Below are positions 1 through 9,564 of a stretch of 64,000 nt of DNA, piece after piece. Position 1 is the first letter of the stretch. Each line of letters opens with the position of its first letter. The notes under the pieces are model-generated. The model made no database searches and was not told the origin of the DNA. It worked only from the letters and a program-made list of their open reading frames with translations. The position numbers and the translations under genes were made by a program. This DNA comes from an uncultured Verrucomicrobiae bacterium (GTDB taxonomy: Bacteria; Verrucomicrobiota; Verrucomicrobiia; Limisphaerales; Palsa-1400), in contig CAVXRD010000002.1 in the NCBI GenBank assembly GCA_963764165.1, positions 1,376,001 to 1,440,000 on the forward strand. The letters are read 5' to 3'.

Positions 1-260
1 GAGATTGCGCCCAGACGCTGGCGCCAGCCAGATTCCAATTCGGCGCGCGTCGCAGCTTGCAGGACCCGCGCGGTGAAGTTGCTGGAAACGGCCGGAGTTG
101 GCATCCGCCGCAGCATGCCGCTCAAGGCCGCCTCTTCGTCCCATGCTTCTTGAAATTCCGGGTGCGCGGCTAGGAAGTCCCTCAATTGCGTCCGTTCGGA
201 AGGCGTGATGGGGCGTTTCCAACTGGCTTCGACGAGTTTTTGAAATTCAGTCTGTTGCAT
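1..260 (-). CDS. putative anti-sigma factor (runs off the window start)
   Basis: Manual translation from ATG at 260: MQQTEFQKLVEASWKRPITPSERTQLRDFLAAHPEFQEAWDEEAALSGMLRRMPTPAVSSNFTARVLQ...; directly downstream of an ECF sigma; anti-sigma-like N-terminus. Confidence 0.6.
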   Translation of the reverse strand, partial: MQQTEFQKLVEASWKRPITPSERTQLRDFLAAHPEFQEAWDEEAALSGMLRRMPTPAVSSNFTARVLQAATRAELESGWRQRLGAI

Positions 261-274
261 ACTCACACTACTCC

Positions 275-910
275 TTAACACCTCTTGGCTGGCAGAGTTT
301 CGGTTTCAGTTTCAGCCCATGTGCCGCTCTGCAAATACGGCTTGAGCTTTTCCTTCAGAGTTTCGCGCCCGCGGTGGATGAGCGATTTCGTGGCCGAGAG
401 CGAACACCCCAGTATCTTGGCCATTTCCTCGTAGGAAAGCTCGTTTTCCTGGCACATTGCCAAGGCGAGCCGCTGTTTGTCCGGCAGCGAAGCCAGCGCT
501 TCCTGAATCTTTTGCTCCAGTTCGCGATTCAGGAACGCTTGGGGCGGGCCGGTGATCTTGTCGTCGGGATATTGGCGCGGGGCGGAGTCTTCGCTTTCCG
601 TCTGGCTGGATTCCAGGGATTGCGCCGGATGCCGGCTCCGCCGGCGTATCTCGTTGAGGCACAAGTGCCGGGCGATTGTGAAGATCCAAGTCGAAAACTT
701 GGCGGAAACTTCGTAGCGGGCCGCGGATTGGTAGACGCGCACGAAGACGTTTTGGGCCAAATCCTCGGCTTCGTCCAAATCGTGGAGCAGGCGGTAGATG
801 ATATTGATGACCGGATGCTTGTATTTTTGCACCAATTCCTCAAAAGCCGGAAGATCTCCGCGCTTAACGCGAAGCATCAGCTCGGCATCCGGATCCATGG
901 GCAAGGCCAT
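275..910 (-). CDS. ECF-type RNA polymerase sigma-70 factor
   Basis: Region 2 (AEDLAQNVFVRVY...FSTWIFTIARHLCLN) and region 4 (LSYEEMAKILGCSLSATKSLIHRGRETLK). Confidence 0.95.
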   Translation of the reverse strand: MALPMDPDAELMLRVKRGDLPAFEELVQKYKHPVINIIYRLLHDLDEAEDLAQNVFVRVYQSAARYEVSAKFSTWIFTIARHLCLNEIRRRSRHPAQSLESSQTESEDSAPRQYPDDKITGPPQAFLNRELEQKIQEALASLPDKQRLALAMCQENELSYEEMAKILGCSLSATKSLIHRGRETLKEKLKPYLQSGTWAETETETLPAKRC

Positions 911-925
911 TAAGTTACATTAACC

Positions 926-951
926 GAACACCGGAACCCTCACAAGGTTGC
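926..951 (-). promoter_or_regulatory. possible ECF-type autoregulatory promoter
   Basis: Minus strand GCAACC-N16-GTTC just upstream of the sigma start; matches the generic ECF AAC/GTT pattern only. Confidence 0.3.
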
Positions 952-1098
952 GAGCCTGCTTGCGGTGGGGAGGCCGGACGATGAAAAAAAATTGAACAGA
1001 AGGCAACGAAGATAGCGAAGGGGGAAAAAGGATTGCCAATCTGGGAAGCAGGAAGAAAATCATGAAAATTACCGGTGTTGTTCGGTGTGATCATTCAA

Positions 1099-1959
1099 AT
1101 GCGAAATATCAACTGGAGTGTGCGCGGCCTTTGGCGGCCGGCCATCTTCGTTCTGGCATTGTGCGCCGGTTGCGATCAGCATCCTCCGGTGGCCGCTCCT
1201 GTTGCCCAACCGGCGCGTGCCGCCAGTTCGATTGGCCGCGATCATCCACCCGGCGGCGAAATCTGGCGGTATTCGTATGAAATCGTGAACACCTTTCCGC
1301 ACGATAAAACGGCCTTTACCCAGGGACTGGTTTTCCTCGACGGGAAGTTCATCGAGAGCACCGGCTTGAATGGCCGCTCGACCTTGCGCGAGGTGGATCT
1401 CGCAGGCGGCCGAGTCCTGCGGCAAGTGCCGGTTCCAAACCAATATTTCGCCGAAGGACTGGCGGTGCTGGGCGGCAAGGCTTATCAATTGACCTGGCAA
1501 GCGCAGAAGGGCTTCGTTTACGACGAAGCGACTTTCCGCCTGGAAAATGAATTTGCCTACACTGGCGAAGGCTGGGGGTTGGCGACCGATGGCCACTCGC
1601 TCATTCTTAGCGACGGCACGCCGCAGATTCGATTTCTCGATCCTGCCACTTTCAAAGTCGAGCGAACCATCCAGGTGGCGGCGCGCGGCCAGCCTGTCAA
1701 ATGGTTGAATGAGTTGGAATATATCCAAGGCGAGATCTTCGCCAATGTCTGGCAAACTCCTTTCGTGGCTCGCATCGATCCGTCCAACGGCGCGGTGACG
1801 GGCGTGATCGACTTCGCCGGGCTCCTGCCGCCCGCCGACCGCGAAACCAACACCGACGTTCTCAACGGCATCGCCTATGACTCCGCCAATGATCGCCTTT
1901 TCGTCACTGGCAAACTTTGGCCCAAGCTGTTCGAAGTTCGACTCAAACGCGTGCCGTGA
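1099..1959 (+). CDS. glutaminyl-peptide cyclotransferase, lipoprotein
   Basis: PHDKTAFTQGL, YFAEGL, GEGWGLATDG, LNELEY, DVLNGIAYD, TGKLWP motifs; lipobox LCAGC; start uncertain (1075 or 1099). Confidence 0.9.
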   Translation: MRNINWSVRGLWRPAIFVLALCAGCDQHPPVAAPVAQPARAASSIGRDHPPGGEIWRYSYEIVNTFPHDKTAFTQGLVFLDGKFIESTGLNGRSTLREVDLAGGRVLRQVPVPNQYFAEGLAVLGGKAYQLTWQAQKGFVYDEATFRLENEFAYTGEGWGLATDGHSLILSDGTPQIRFLDPATFKVERTIQVAARGQPVKWLNELEYIQGEIFANVWQTPFVARIDPSNGAVTGVIDFAGLLPPADRETNTDVLNGIAYDSANDRLFVTGKLWPKLFEVRLKRVP

Positions 1960-3125
1960 GCGCCTCTGAAACAACTCCGCTCCGAATTGCCCACCTGAAT
2001 TCGATGCTCACCGGCGGAGGCACCGATGACCAGTGCGTCAAACTGGCGGCGGGATTGCATCGCATGGGCCAGAAAGTTTGGATCGCCGGGCCGTCCGGGC
2101 GATATTTCGCGCCCATGATTGAGGCCTCTGGGGTGCCATTCTTCGACACCGGCGCGACGCGCAGCAAAGTGCGATTCGTGCTGAGCGCGGCGAAGTTGAT
2201 TCGCCGCGAGCGGATCGAAATTGTCCACGGCCATCACGGCCGGGATATTTGGCCGACGATTTTTGCGGCGCGCTGGTCGGGAGTCCGGCCCACGCTGGTA
2301 TTGAGCCGGCATTTGGCGAAGAGTCCGGGTTCATGGGCGAGCCGGCAATTTTTATTGGGGCAATGCGACGCGTTGGTGGCCGTTTCCAAATTTGTGGCCC
2401 ACGTTTTGCGCGAAGGCGATTACGAACCGCAATCGCCCGAAGCCGAGCGGCACGCACGCCCGCCGATGCGCGGCGATTTCAGCAAGATTCGTGTGATCTA
2501 CGGAGGAATCGACACGGCCAAATTCCGCCCCGCCAACGCCGATGCGATGCGCAAGGAACTCGGCCTTGCGCCGGGCGATTTTGCCTTTGCCGTGGCAGGT
2601 GGATTCGATTTGCCGCGCGGCAAGGGGCAGCGCGAATTTCTAAAGGCCGCCGCGCAAATCCATCAACAGACACCCGACGCCCGCTTTCTGATCATCGGGC
2701 GCGGGAGCATGGAGGAGATTCTCACCGCCGACATTCAAAAACTGGGATTGGCGGGAAAAGCCTGGCTGGCGGGCCAGAAGAGCGACATGCCGCAGATCAT
2801 GAACGCCATCGATTGCCTGGTGCATCCGCAAATCGGAACGGAAGCGCTCGGCCTGGTCGTTTGCGAGGCGCACGCCTGCGGCAAGCCGGTGATTGCGTCC
2901 GCGCTGGACGGCATTCCCGAGGCGTTTGCCGCGGGTGGATGCGGCGAGTTGGTTCCGCAGGAAGATGTGGGCGCGCTCGCGCAAGCGATGCTGCGGCAAA
3001 GCCAGAAGCCGCAATCCTCGCCCGAGTTCGCGCAATCGATGCGCGAACGAGTGGAGAAAGCGTTCTCCCTTGAGCGGCAGGCAGCCGACATGCTTGATCT
3101 TTACCGGTCCCTTCGCCGCGCGTAA
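1955..3125 (+). CDS. glycosyltransferase family 4 (GT-B)
   Basis: GGG N-terminal loop, KGQREFLKAA, EALGLVVCEAHACGKPVIAS motif; start approximate (GTG overlapping the upstream stop). Confidence 0.9.
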
Positions 3126-3218
3126 ATGGCGACGCTGTCAAGAACTGGCCTTTTACCGCCGTCCAAAATTGCCGAGTGACGAGTTGCCGCCGGCTGTGTC
3201 TAATGGTCGGGCACAGCC

Positions 3219-4223
3219 ATGCAATTGGACGAATTCTCTTTTCTGAATCAGCAACTGGCCGGGATGCTTGCTTCGGGCATCCCGCTGGAGGCCGCGCTGC
3301 TGCGGGTTTGCTCGGGGATGCGGCGGCAGCGCTGGCGCTCGGAGTTCGAAAAGCTCCGGGCCGACCTCGCGCAAGGCACACCGCTCGACAAAGCGCTGGA
3401 CGCGCGCAAGCTGCCCGACCTTTACCGGCAAATGGTGAAAGTCGGCGCGAAATCCAACGACTTGCCGGGCCTCCTGACTCTGCTGGCGGATCACTACCAG
3501 AAGACGAGCTTTCTTTGGACGAGGCTGAAAGGGTTGATGATTTACCCGGTCTTGGTGTTGTTGACAGCACTCGGGCTCTCACTTCTCCTGGCCAGCCAGC
3601 GCTCGAAGATGGGTTCGGTTCTGATATTCACACAAGGAACCACCGGTTCATTCGCAAAGTCGGAAGAATACAATTTTTACAGCGCTGGCATCGTCATGCC
3701 CGTCATCGTCCTGGTGGCGCTTTCGGCCATTGCAATTTTGACGCTCGTGATTCCAGCGCTGCGGAGGGCGGCGCGCTGGTGGCTCCCGGGTTTCAAGGAA
3801 GCGCATCTTTCGCGCCTCGCTTCCGCGATGAGTTTGCTGCTGAAGGGCGGCGTTGATTTGGGTTCGGCGCTCGGATTGATGCGCCGATTGGAATCAGGCG
3901 GACGCATCCAGCGCGAATTGGCGATGTGGGAGAGCGAGCTTTCCAAAGGCGGCGGTAAATTGGATGAGCTTGGCCAAAAAACCCGCGCCATTCCGCCGCT
4001 GTTTTTCTGGCTGGTGGCGGGCGAGGGCGAAAACCTGCCGGCTGGATTCACCCGCGCCGCCGAAATTTATTACGCGCGAGCCATGTATAAGATGGATTTG
4101 CTGCTCAACTCCGCGCTCCCGATTTCGGTCGTAGGGCTGGGGCTGATAATCATGGTGCAGGTGTTCTCGACCTTGAAGGTGGTCACGGGCGTGAACATGA
4201 TCGAGTATCTCACAGGCTTTTGA
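3219..4223 (+). CDS. type II secretion/type IV pilus GspF/PilC family protein
   Basis: QLAGMLASGIPL, LKGLMIYP and a second T2SSF repeat MSLLLKGGVDL; TM segments. Confidence 0.85.
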   Translation: MQLDEFSFLNQQLAGMLASGIPLEAALLRVCSGMRRQRWRSEFEKLRADLAQGTPLDKALDARKLPDLYRQMVKVGAKSNDLPGLLTLLADHYQKTSFLWTRLKGLMIYPVLVLLTALGLSLLLASQRSKMGSVLIFTQGTTGSFAKSEEYNFYSAGIVMPVIVLVALSAIAILTLVIPALRRAARWWLPGFKEAHLSRLASAMSLLLKGGVDLGSALGLMRRLESGGRIQRELAMWESELSKGGGKLDELGQKTRAIPPLFFWLVAGEGENLPAGFTRAAEIYYARAMYKMDLLLNSALPISVVGLGLIIMVQVFSTLKVVTGVNMIEYLTGF

Positions 4224-4227
4224 AGAA

Positions 4228-5367
4228 ATGCACGGTTACTGGCCATATCTCCTTTGGTTCTTCGTGTGGATTGTGCCGGTGTCGGCGCTGACTCTTGCGA
4301 TCTACTGGCTCTTCACGCTGCCGTTGCGCCGCCAGGAGCGGTCGCGCTTTCTCCTCGATCTCCTGGAATCGGGCTGCCGCCGAGGACACACGTCTGAAAC
4401 GTCGGTGGAGGCAATTTCGCGCACGCGCGATCGGGCGGTCGGCGTGCGGTTTCATTTGCTGGCTGAACACATTCGCGGCGGATTGAGCCTGGCGGATGCT
4501 CTTGCGCGCGTGCCGTCAATGGCCTCGCCGCAAATCGCGGCCATGCTTCGCGTCGGCGAGAAGCTGGGCGATGTGCGGAAGGTGTTTTCCGTCTGCCGCG
4601 GCATGCTGAAGGACGCGAATTCGCAGACGCGCAATGCTGTCAATTATGTTTTCATTCTGTTGCTGATTGGAACGCCCGTTCTGCCCTTGATGCTCGCCGC
4701 CGAGAAGGAAGTTGTGATGCCGCGGTTTCAAGAGGTGGCGGCTGGCTACGACGTAAAGGTGGATTCCAGCGCCCTGTCTATCGTGAAATGGTCGAACGCC
4801 ATTGGCGTCTGCCAGATCGCCTTCACTTTCTTAGTTTGCGCAGGCGTTGTTGCATACGTCGGTGGGCCGCGATTGCGCCGTTGGGTGGCCACGATTTTTC
4901 CGACGATGTGCGATCACCTAATGTATCGAGTTCCGTGGAGGCGAAAGCGGTTGCGCCGCGATTTTGCCTCGATGCTTGCCATGCTGCTGGACGCCAATGT
5001 GCCGGAGCAAATGTCCATTCAACTGGCGGCCGCCGCGACCGCGAATTGCGTTTTTATGCGGCAGGGCGCGGAAGCCGTGCGGGATTTGCAGTCCGGATTG
5101 AGCCTGCCCAACGCGCTGCGCCGTTTTGACCGCGACGCGGAATTTGCCTGGCGCATCGGCAATGCCGCGCATGCGAGCGGCGGATTCTCGAACGCCCTCG
5201 CGGGCTGGGTGCAAGCGCTGGACGCGAAGGCCTTTCAGCAGGAGCAGGCGTTTTCGCAGATCGTTTCAACCGGGATGGTTTTCTTCAATGGATTCCTCGT
5301 CGCCTCGGTCGTGCTGGGGCTCTTCGGAGTGCTGATCGAAATCTCCGACAAGGTCGCCCTATGGTAA
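4228..5367 (+). CDS. second GspF/PilC family protein
   Basis: IRGGLSLADAL, AMLRVGEKLGD, FASMLAMLLDANVP, LQSGLSLPNAL. Confidence 0.85.
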   Translation: MHGYWPYLLWFFVWIVPVSALTLAIYWLFTLPLRRQERSRFLLDLLESGCRRGHTSETSVEAISRTRDRAVGVRFHLLAEHIRGGLSLADALARVPSMASPQIAAMLRVGEKLGDVRKVFSVCRGMLKDANSQTRNAVNYVFILLLIGTPVLPLMLAAEKEVVMPRFQEVAAGYDVKVDSSALSIVKWSNAIGVCQIAFTFLVCAGVVAYVGGPRLRRWVATIFPTMCDHLMYRVPWRRKRLRRDFASMLAMLLDANVPEQMSIQLAAAATANCVFMRQGAEAVRDLQSGLSLPNALRRFDRDAEFAWRIGNAAHASGGFSNALAGWVQALDAKAFQQEQAFSQIVSTGMVFFNGFLVASVVLGLFGVLIEISDKVALW

Positions 5368-5738
5368 TTCGCCCGGATAATTTCAGGAAGCGCAGGGGGT
5401 GGATGGTTTACGAATGCATCATAGCGATGGGAATTCTCGTGGCGGTTCTCGTCCCGATTAGCGTCTCCTTTATCAGCGAGCACCGCGCCTGCCGCGCTTC
5501 CTACAATCGCGCGGTGGCGATGGAATTGGTGGACGGCGAAATGGAAATTCTGCGGGCTGGCGATTGGCGGCGATTTGCGCGCGGCACGCAAGCATATCCG
5601 GTCACGGGAGCGGCGGCCAAAAACCTGCCGCCTGGTAAATTCGTATTGACTCTTGAGGAACACATCCTGCGCCTCGAATGGCTGCCGGACGGGAAGGATC
5701 AAGGTGGAAAGGTGACGCGTGAAACTGCGCTTCCGTAA
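5361..5738 (+). CDS. minor pseudopilin-like protein
   Basis: Prepilin-like site RRG|WMVYE followed by a hydrophobic helix. Confidence 0.7.
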   Translation: MVIRPDNFRKRRGWMVYECIIAMGILVAVLVPISVSFISEHRACRASYNRAVAMELVDGEMEILRAGDWRRFARGTQAYPVTGAAAKNLPPGKFVLTLEEHILRLEWLPDGKDQGGKVTRETALP

Positions 5739-6387
5739 ACCGACCCCAATTTCCATGCCGAGCGTCTCTGCCGGAGCGCGGCTGTGTCGAAGACCAGCCG
5801 CAGCAACGTCGGAATTACGTGGCGCGTCTCTCGTTCTTGGATGGCTGCGGCTGGTCTTTGACACAGCCGCGCTCCGTCTTGGGATCCGCGCGGCCCCCTG
5901 TGGAGGCACGCCCGTGAATAGCCCAGCAAGCGCCGCCATGGGCGGTTATCTGATGTTGGAGATGCTGGTTTTCATGGCGCTGTCGGTTGTGATTTTGGGA
6001 ATCGCCGGGTCGGCCTATTGGCGCTGCGTCGATAATTCAAAGCAGCTCCAGCGCAACGCCGAGGACATTCTGGCCGCCGTCGACGCGGGAGAACGCTGGC
6101 GGTCTGATATCCGTTTGGCCGAAAGCGTGGTCGCGGAAACAAATTTGGTCACATTAACGCAGGCTGGCGACACCGTGGAATATCGTTTCGATCACGACGC
6201 GATCTGGCGGCATTCCTCGCGTTCAAACCAAACGATTCGCCTGCTGGCCAATGTCAAATCTTCCTCGATGCAAAGCGAGGCGAGAGCGCAGATTCACGCA
6301 TGGCGGTGGGAAATTGAATTGCAATCCCGCAAAAAGCCGCCGTTTTTGCATCCGCTGTTTACCTTCAAAGCCGTTGCAGCCAAATGA
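5719..6387 (+). CDS. minor pseudopilin-like protein (leader may contain an in-frame REPIN; alternative start 5938)
   Basis: GG|YLMLE prepilin site plus hydrophobic helix; GTG 5719 overlaps the upstream gene and is preceded by GGAAAGG. Confidence 0.7.
   Translation: MKLRFRKPTPISMPSVSAGARLCRRPAAATSELRGASLVLGWLRLVFDTAALRLGIRAAPCGGTPVNSPASAAMGGYLMLEMLVFMALSVVILGIAGSAYWRCVDNSKQLQRNAEDILAAVDAGERWRSDIRLAESVVAETNLVTLTQAGDTVEYRFDHDAIWRHSSRSNQTIRLLANVKSSSMQSEARAQIHAWRWEIELQSRKKPPFLHPLFTFKAVAAK
5772..5876. repeat. REPIN-like palindrome, family B (GGAGCGCGGCTGTGTCGAAGACCAGCCGCAGC)
   Basis: Inverted arms CGGAGCGCGGCTGTGTCGAAGACCAGCCGCAGC ... GCTGCGGCTGGTCTTTGACACAGCCGCGCTCCG; second copy at 14589-14709. 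Confidence 0.85.
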
Positions 6388-6551
6388 AAATCCAGCGCGC
6401 AACAAAAGATCGAGGTTCGGTAACGATCATCATATTGATTTTCCTGGCGTTGATGGCCGTCATCATTGTCAGCAATAATTTGGCCCTCGATCATCTCGAC
6501 AAGAATCTGCGCGCGATTGAGAAAAAACAACAGCGAGCCAAACTTAGGTAG
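6384..6551 (+). CDS. small PilX/GspK-like pseudopilin (55 aa, not in ORF track)
   Basis: Manual translation MKIQRATKDRG|SVTIIILIFLALMAVIIVSNNLALDHLDKNLRAIEKKQQRAKLR; ATGA overlap with the previous gene. Confidence 0.65.
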   Translation: MKIQRATKDRGSVTIIILIFLALMAVIIVSNNLALDHLDKNLRAIEKKQQRAKLR

Positions 6552-6563
6552 GGACGCCTCGCC

Positions 6564-8246
6564 GAGATTGTCTCAAAACTTCTGTTTTTTGAGGAATGTA
6601 TTTGACAATATGTGAGCCTTTAGTTGACAATGCCGTTCAACAAATATGGCTCAACCGATTGCCCCTGATTACGGACAGCAGTTCCTCCTCCCGCCCGCCC
6701 TGGAGGACTGGGTGTCCGCCGACCATCCCGCCCGCTTCCTGCGCGAATTTGTCGACCAGTTGGATCTGCCCCAGCTTGGGTTTGTCATTCCCGCCGCCGC
6801 CGAAGGCCGTCCGCCCTATGCCCCCAGCCTCCTGCTCAAGATTTGGCTTTACGGTTATTTCCACCGCATTCGCTCCACCCGCAAGCTGGAAACCGCCTGC
6901 ACGGAGCATGTCTTGCTGCTGTGGCTGACGGGGCTCAACGCCCCCGACCACAACAGCCTCTGGCGGTTCTGGGACGGAAACAAAAAGGCCCTGCGCCAGG
7001 TTTTCAAGCAAACCGTGCAGCTGGCCCTCCGCACCGGGGCGGTGGGATTTGCCTTGCAAGCGTTGGACGGCACCAAGATTCAAGCCGCCTGCAGCGGGCC
7101 GCAGGGCTGGAGCAAGGTTTACATGGAGAAGCTCCTGGCCCAGCTGGATGGCGCCTTGGAGGAAATCGAGCTCAAAGTCGTGGCGGAGAACCAGGATTCC
7201 AGCGCACCGGGCTGCCGGCTGCCCGCCGGGTTGGCCCAGCGCCAGGCCCTGCGCGAGGAAATCAAAAAAGGCCTGGCCCAGCTGCAGGCCGACGGGCGCC
7301 ACCATTACCATCCAGCCGAACCGGAGGCGCGCCGGATGAAAGTCGGCGACACCAACCGCTTTGCCTACAACGCCCAGGCGGTGGCCGACAGCCAGGAGGG
7401 CATCATGGTCGCCTGTCAAGCCACCCGCCAGGAAACCGACGCCGGCCAGCTGGTCCCCATGATTGAAGAAGCGAGGCAAAACCTCGGTCCGGCGGCCATT
7501 CCAACCCTCACCGCCGCCGACGCCGGCTATGGGGGCGGGGCCGACTTGAAAGCGGCCGTGGAACAGCAGATGAATGTGCTGGCCCCGCCGGCGGAGGGCA
7601 AGCCAGCCCACGACAACGCCTACGCGACGCAGCATTTTCATTATGACGAGGCGGCCCACACCGTCACCTGCCCGCAAGAGCGCCTTCTGGACCACGAAGG
7701 CCAGACCACCAAGAAAGGCCAGACCGTTGAGCGCTTCCGCTGCCATCACCGAGACTGTCCCGTGCGCGCCCTCTGCAGCCGCGATCCCAAAGGGCGGCAA
7801 GTCGAAGTGTGGCCGCACACCACGCTGGTGCAAGCCATGCGGGCCCGGCTGCAAGAGCCAGGACCCGCCGCGCTTTATGGAAAGCGCAAAGAGATCATCG
7901 AACGCCGGTTTGGGCAGCTCAAGCAACACGACGGCTTTCGGCGTTGGACAGTTTGGGGTCTGGAAGCCGTGCAAGCCCAATGGGCCTTGTTATGCGCCAC
8001 CTTGAACCTGCGAATCCTCTATAAAAAGTGGCAGGCCCGGGTCCAGACGCCGAAAATGGAAGTCAAAACCGCCGCGGTTGAAGGAAATTTGGCGATGGCG
8101 GCCTAAAAAAGGAGGGAAAGGGAAGCTTGGCGTCATCGCTGACGCCAGCCACGCTCTGACAACTAAAAGTTGACACCCGTTTCCACAGCCCCTATTGGTG
8201 CCCATATAACCAGATCGGCCAGACTAAAACGTTTTGAGACAGTCTC
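6564..8246 (+). mobile_element. IS1182-family insertion sequence, copy 1 (1683 bp)
   Basis: TIRs GAGATTGTCTCAAAAC (6564-6579) / GTTTTGAGACAGTCTC (8231-8246), 15/16 match; CGCC duplicated at 6560-6563 and 8247-8250. Confidence 0.95.
6646..8106 (+). CDS. IS1182-family DDE transposase
   Basis: QQFLLPPALEDW, GRPPYAPSLLLKIWLYGY, PDHNSL, ALDGTKIQA, YNAQ, ADAGY, Cys cluster, IERRFGQLK. Confidence 0.95.
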   Translation: MAQPIAPDYGQQFLLPPALEDWVSADHPARFLREFVDQLDLPQLGFVIPAAAEGRPPYAPSLLLKIWLYGYFHRIRSTRKLETACTEHVLLLWLTGLNAPDHNSLWRFWDGNKKALRQVFKQTVQLALRTGAVGFALQALDGTKIQAACSGPQGWSKVYMEKLLAQLDGALEEIELKVVAENQDSSAPGCRLPAGLAQRQALREEIKKGLAQLQADGRHHYHPAEPEARRMKVGDTNRFAYNAQAVADSQEGIMVACQATRQETDAGQLVPMIEEARQNLGPAAIPTLTAADAGYGGGADLKAAVEQQMNVLAPPAEGKPAHDNAYATQHFHYDEAAHTVTCPQERLLDHEGQTTKKGQTVERFRCHHRDCPVRALCSRDPKGRQVEVWPHTTLVQAMRARLQEPGPAALYGKRKEIIERRFGQLKQHDGFRRWTVWGLEAVQAQWALLCATLNLRILYKKWQARVQTPKMEVKTAAVEGNLAMAA

Positions 8247-8397
8247 CGCCGAGGCGTCCGGGGACTTTCGCGAGTCCGAACGCGTTCGAACGACAATACG
8301 CCCTCGGACGCCTCGGCGAGGCGTCCCTACCTTTAAGAGTGACTAAATTTCTGCTTGAAGGCTTGTTCCGCGCGGCGGAATACTCGCGTATCTAATT

Positions 8398-9558
8398 ATG
8401 AAATCGGTCCGGCTCGGCATCATCGGCATGGGAAATATCGGGACGCACCACGCCGGGTATTTGCTGGCGGGCAAGGTGAACCGCTGCGAACTGGCCGCGG
8501 TCTCCAATCGATCTCCTGAAAAACTGGCTTCTTTTCAAGAGCGCGGGCTGAAAATTTTTTCCGATGCCGAGGCGCTCATCCGTTTCGGTGACGTTGATGC
8601 CGTCATTATTGCCACCCCGCATTATCAACACACTTCGCTTGGCATCGCCGCGCTTGAAGCCGGGCTGCATGTGATGGTTGAGAAACCAATCTCCGCCCAT
8701 AAAGCGGATGCCGAACGGCTGATTGCGGCGCGGCGCGCGCATCCGAAACAAGTCTTTGCCGCGATGTTTCAAATGCGGACGGAGCCGCGTTATGCCCGGA
8801 TTAAAAACATGATTGACAGAGGCGAGCTTGGCCGGATCACGCGCTTTTCGTGGATCATCACCGAATGGTTCCGCACCGAAGCCTACTATGCGAGCGGCGG
8901 CTGGCGCGCGACATGGCGCGGCGAGGGCGGCGGCGTGCTCATCAATCAATGCCTCCACCAACTCGACACGCTGCAATGGCTGCTGGGAATGCCATCGCGC
9001 GTCCGCTCATTCGTTCAGTTGGGCCGCTTTCATAACATCGAGGTCGAGGACGATGTAACCTCTTATCTGGAATTTTCTGGCGGTGCGAACGGCATTTTTG
9101 TCTCCACAACCGGGGAAGCGCCCGGATCGAATCGATTGGAAATTATCGGCGAAATGGGAAAATTGCTTTTGGAAAACGACAAGCTCGTCTTTTATCGCAA
9201 CGAAGTTTCGATGATCGCGCAAAACAAAACATCGCCACTCGGCTTTCAAAAGCCGGCGGTGACGCTCGTTGAAATTCCCTTCACCAACGAACCCGCCCAG
9301 CACTCCACGCTCATGCAAAATTTTGTGGACGCGATTCTCGACGGCGCGCCGCTGATCGCGCCGGGTGAAGAAGGCATTCATTCCATCGAACTCGCCAACG
9401 TGATGTTGTATTCCGGACTGATAAACCAGACCGTTGAATTGCCTCTCGACGGCGCGGCCTACGAAAAGAAACTAAACGAGTTGATCGCCGCCTCGAAATT
9501 CGAGAAAAAAGTGGTAAAGGTTTCCAATGAGGATTTCACCAAGTCCTTCATGCGTTGA
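8398..9558 (+). CDS. Gfo/Idh/MocA family oxidoreductase
   Basis: GIIGMGNIG, ATPHYQH, VMVEKP, GGGVLINQCLHQLD. Confidence 0.93.
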   Translation: MKSVRLGIIGMGNIGTHHAGYLLAGKVNRCELAAVSNRSPEKLASFQERGLKIFSDAEALIRFGDVDAVIIATPHYQHTSLGIAALEAGLHVMVEKPISAHKADAERLIAARRAHPKQVFAAMFQMRTEPRYARIKNMIDRGELGRITRFSWIITEWFRTEAYYASGGWRATWRGEGGGVLINQCLHQLDTLQWLLGMPSRVRSFVQLGRFHNIEVEDDVTSYLEFSGGANGIFVSTTGEAPGSNRLEIIGEMGKLLLENDKLVFYRNEVSMIAQNKTSPLGFQKPAVTLVEIPFTNEPAQHSTLMQNFVDAILDGAPLIAPGEEGIHSIELANVMLYSGLINQTVELPLDGAAYEKKLNELIAASKFEKKVVKVSNEDFTKSFMR

Positions 9559-9564
9559 TTTATT

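Larger units (their letters stand above)
6547..8331. repeat. GTAG-type REPIN, family A, left REP interrupted by IS copy 1
   Basis: GGTAGGGACGCCTCGCC|IS|CGCCGAGGCGTCC ... GGACGCCTCGGCGAGGCGTCCCTACC. Confidence 0.9.

Noticed and set aside
6637..7980. 447-aa antisense ORF in the IS (also 16072-17415)
   Set aside because: Shadow of the GC-rich transposase frame; no recognisable motifs
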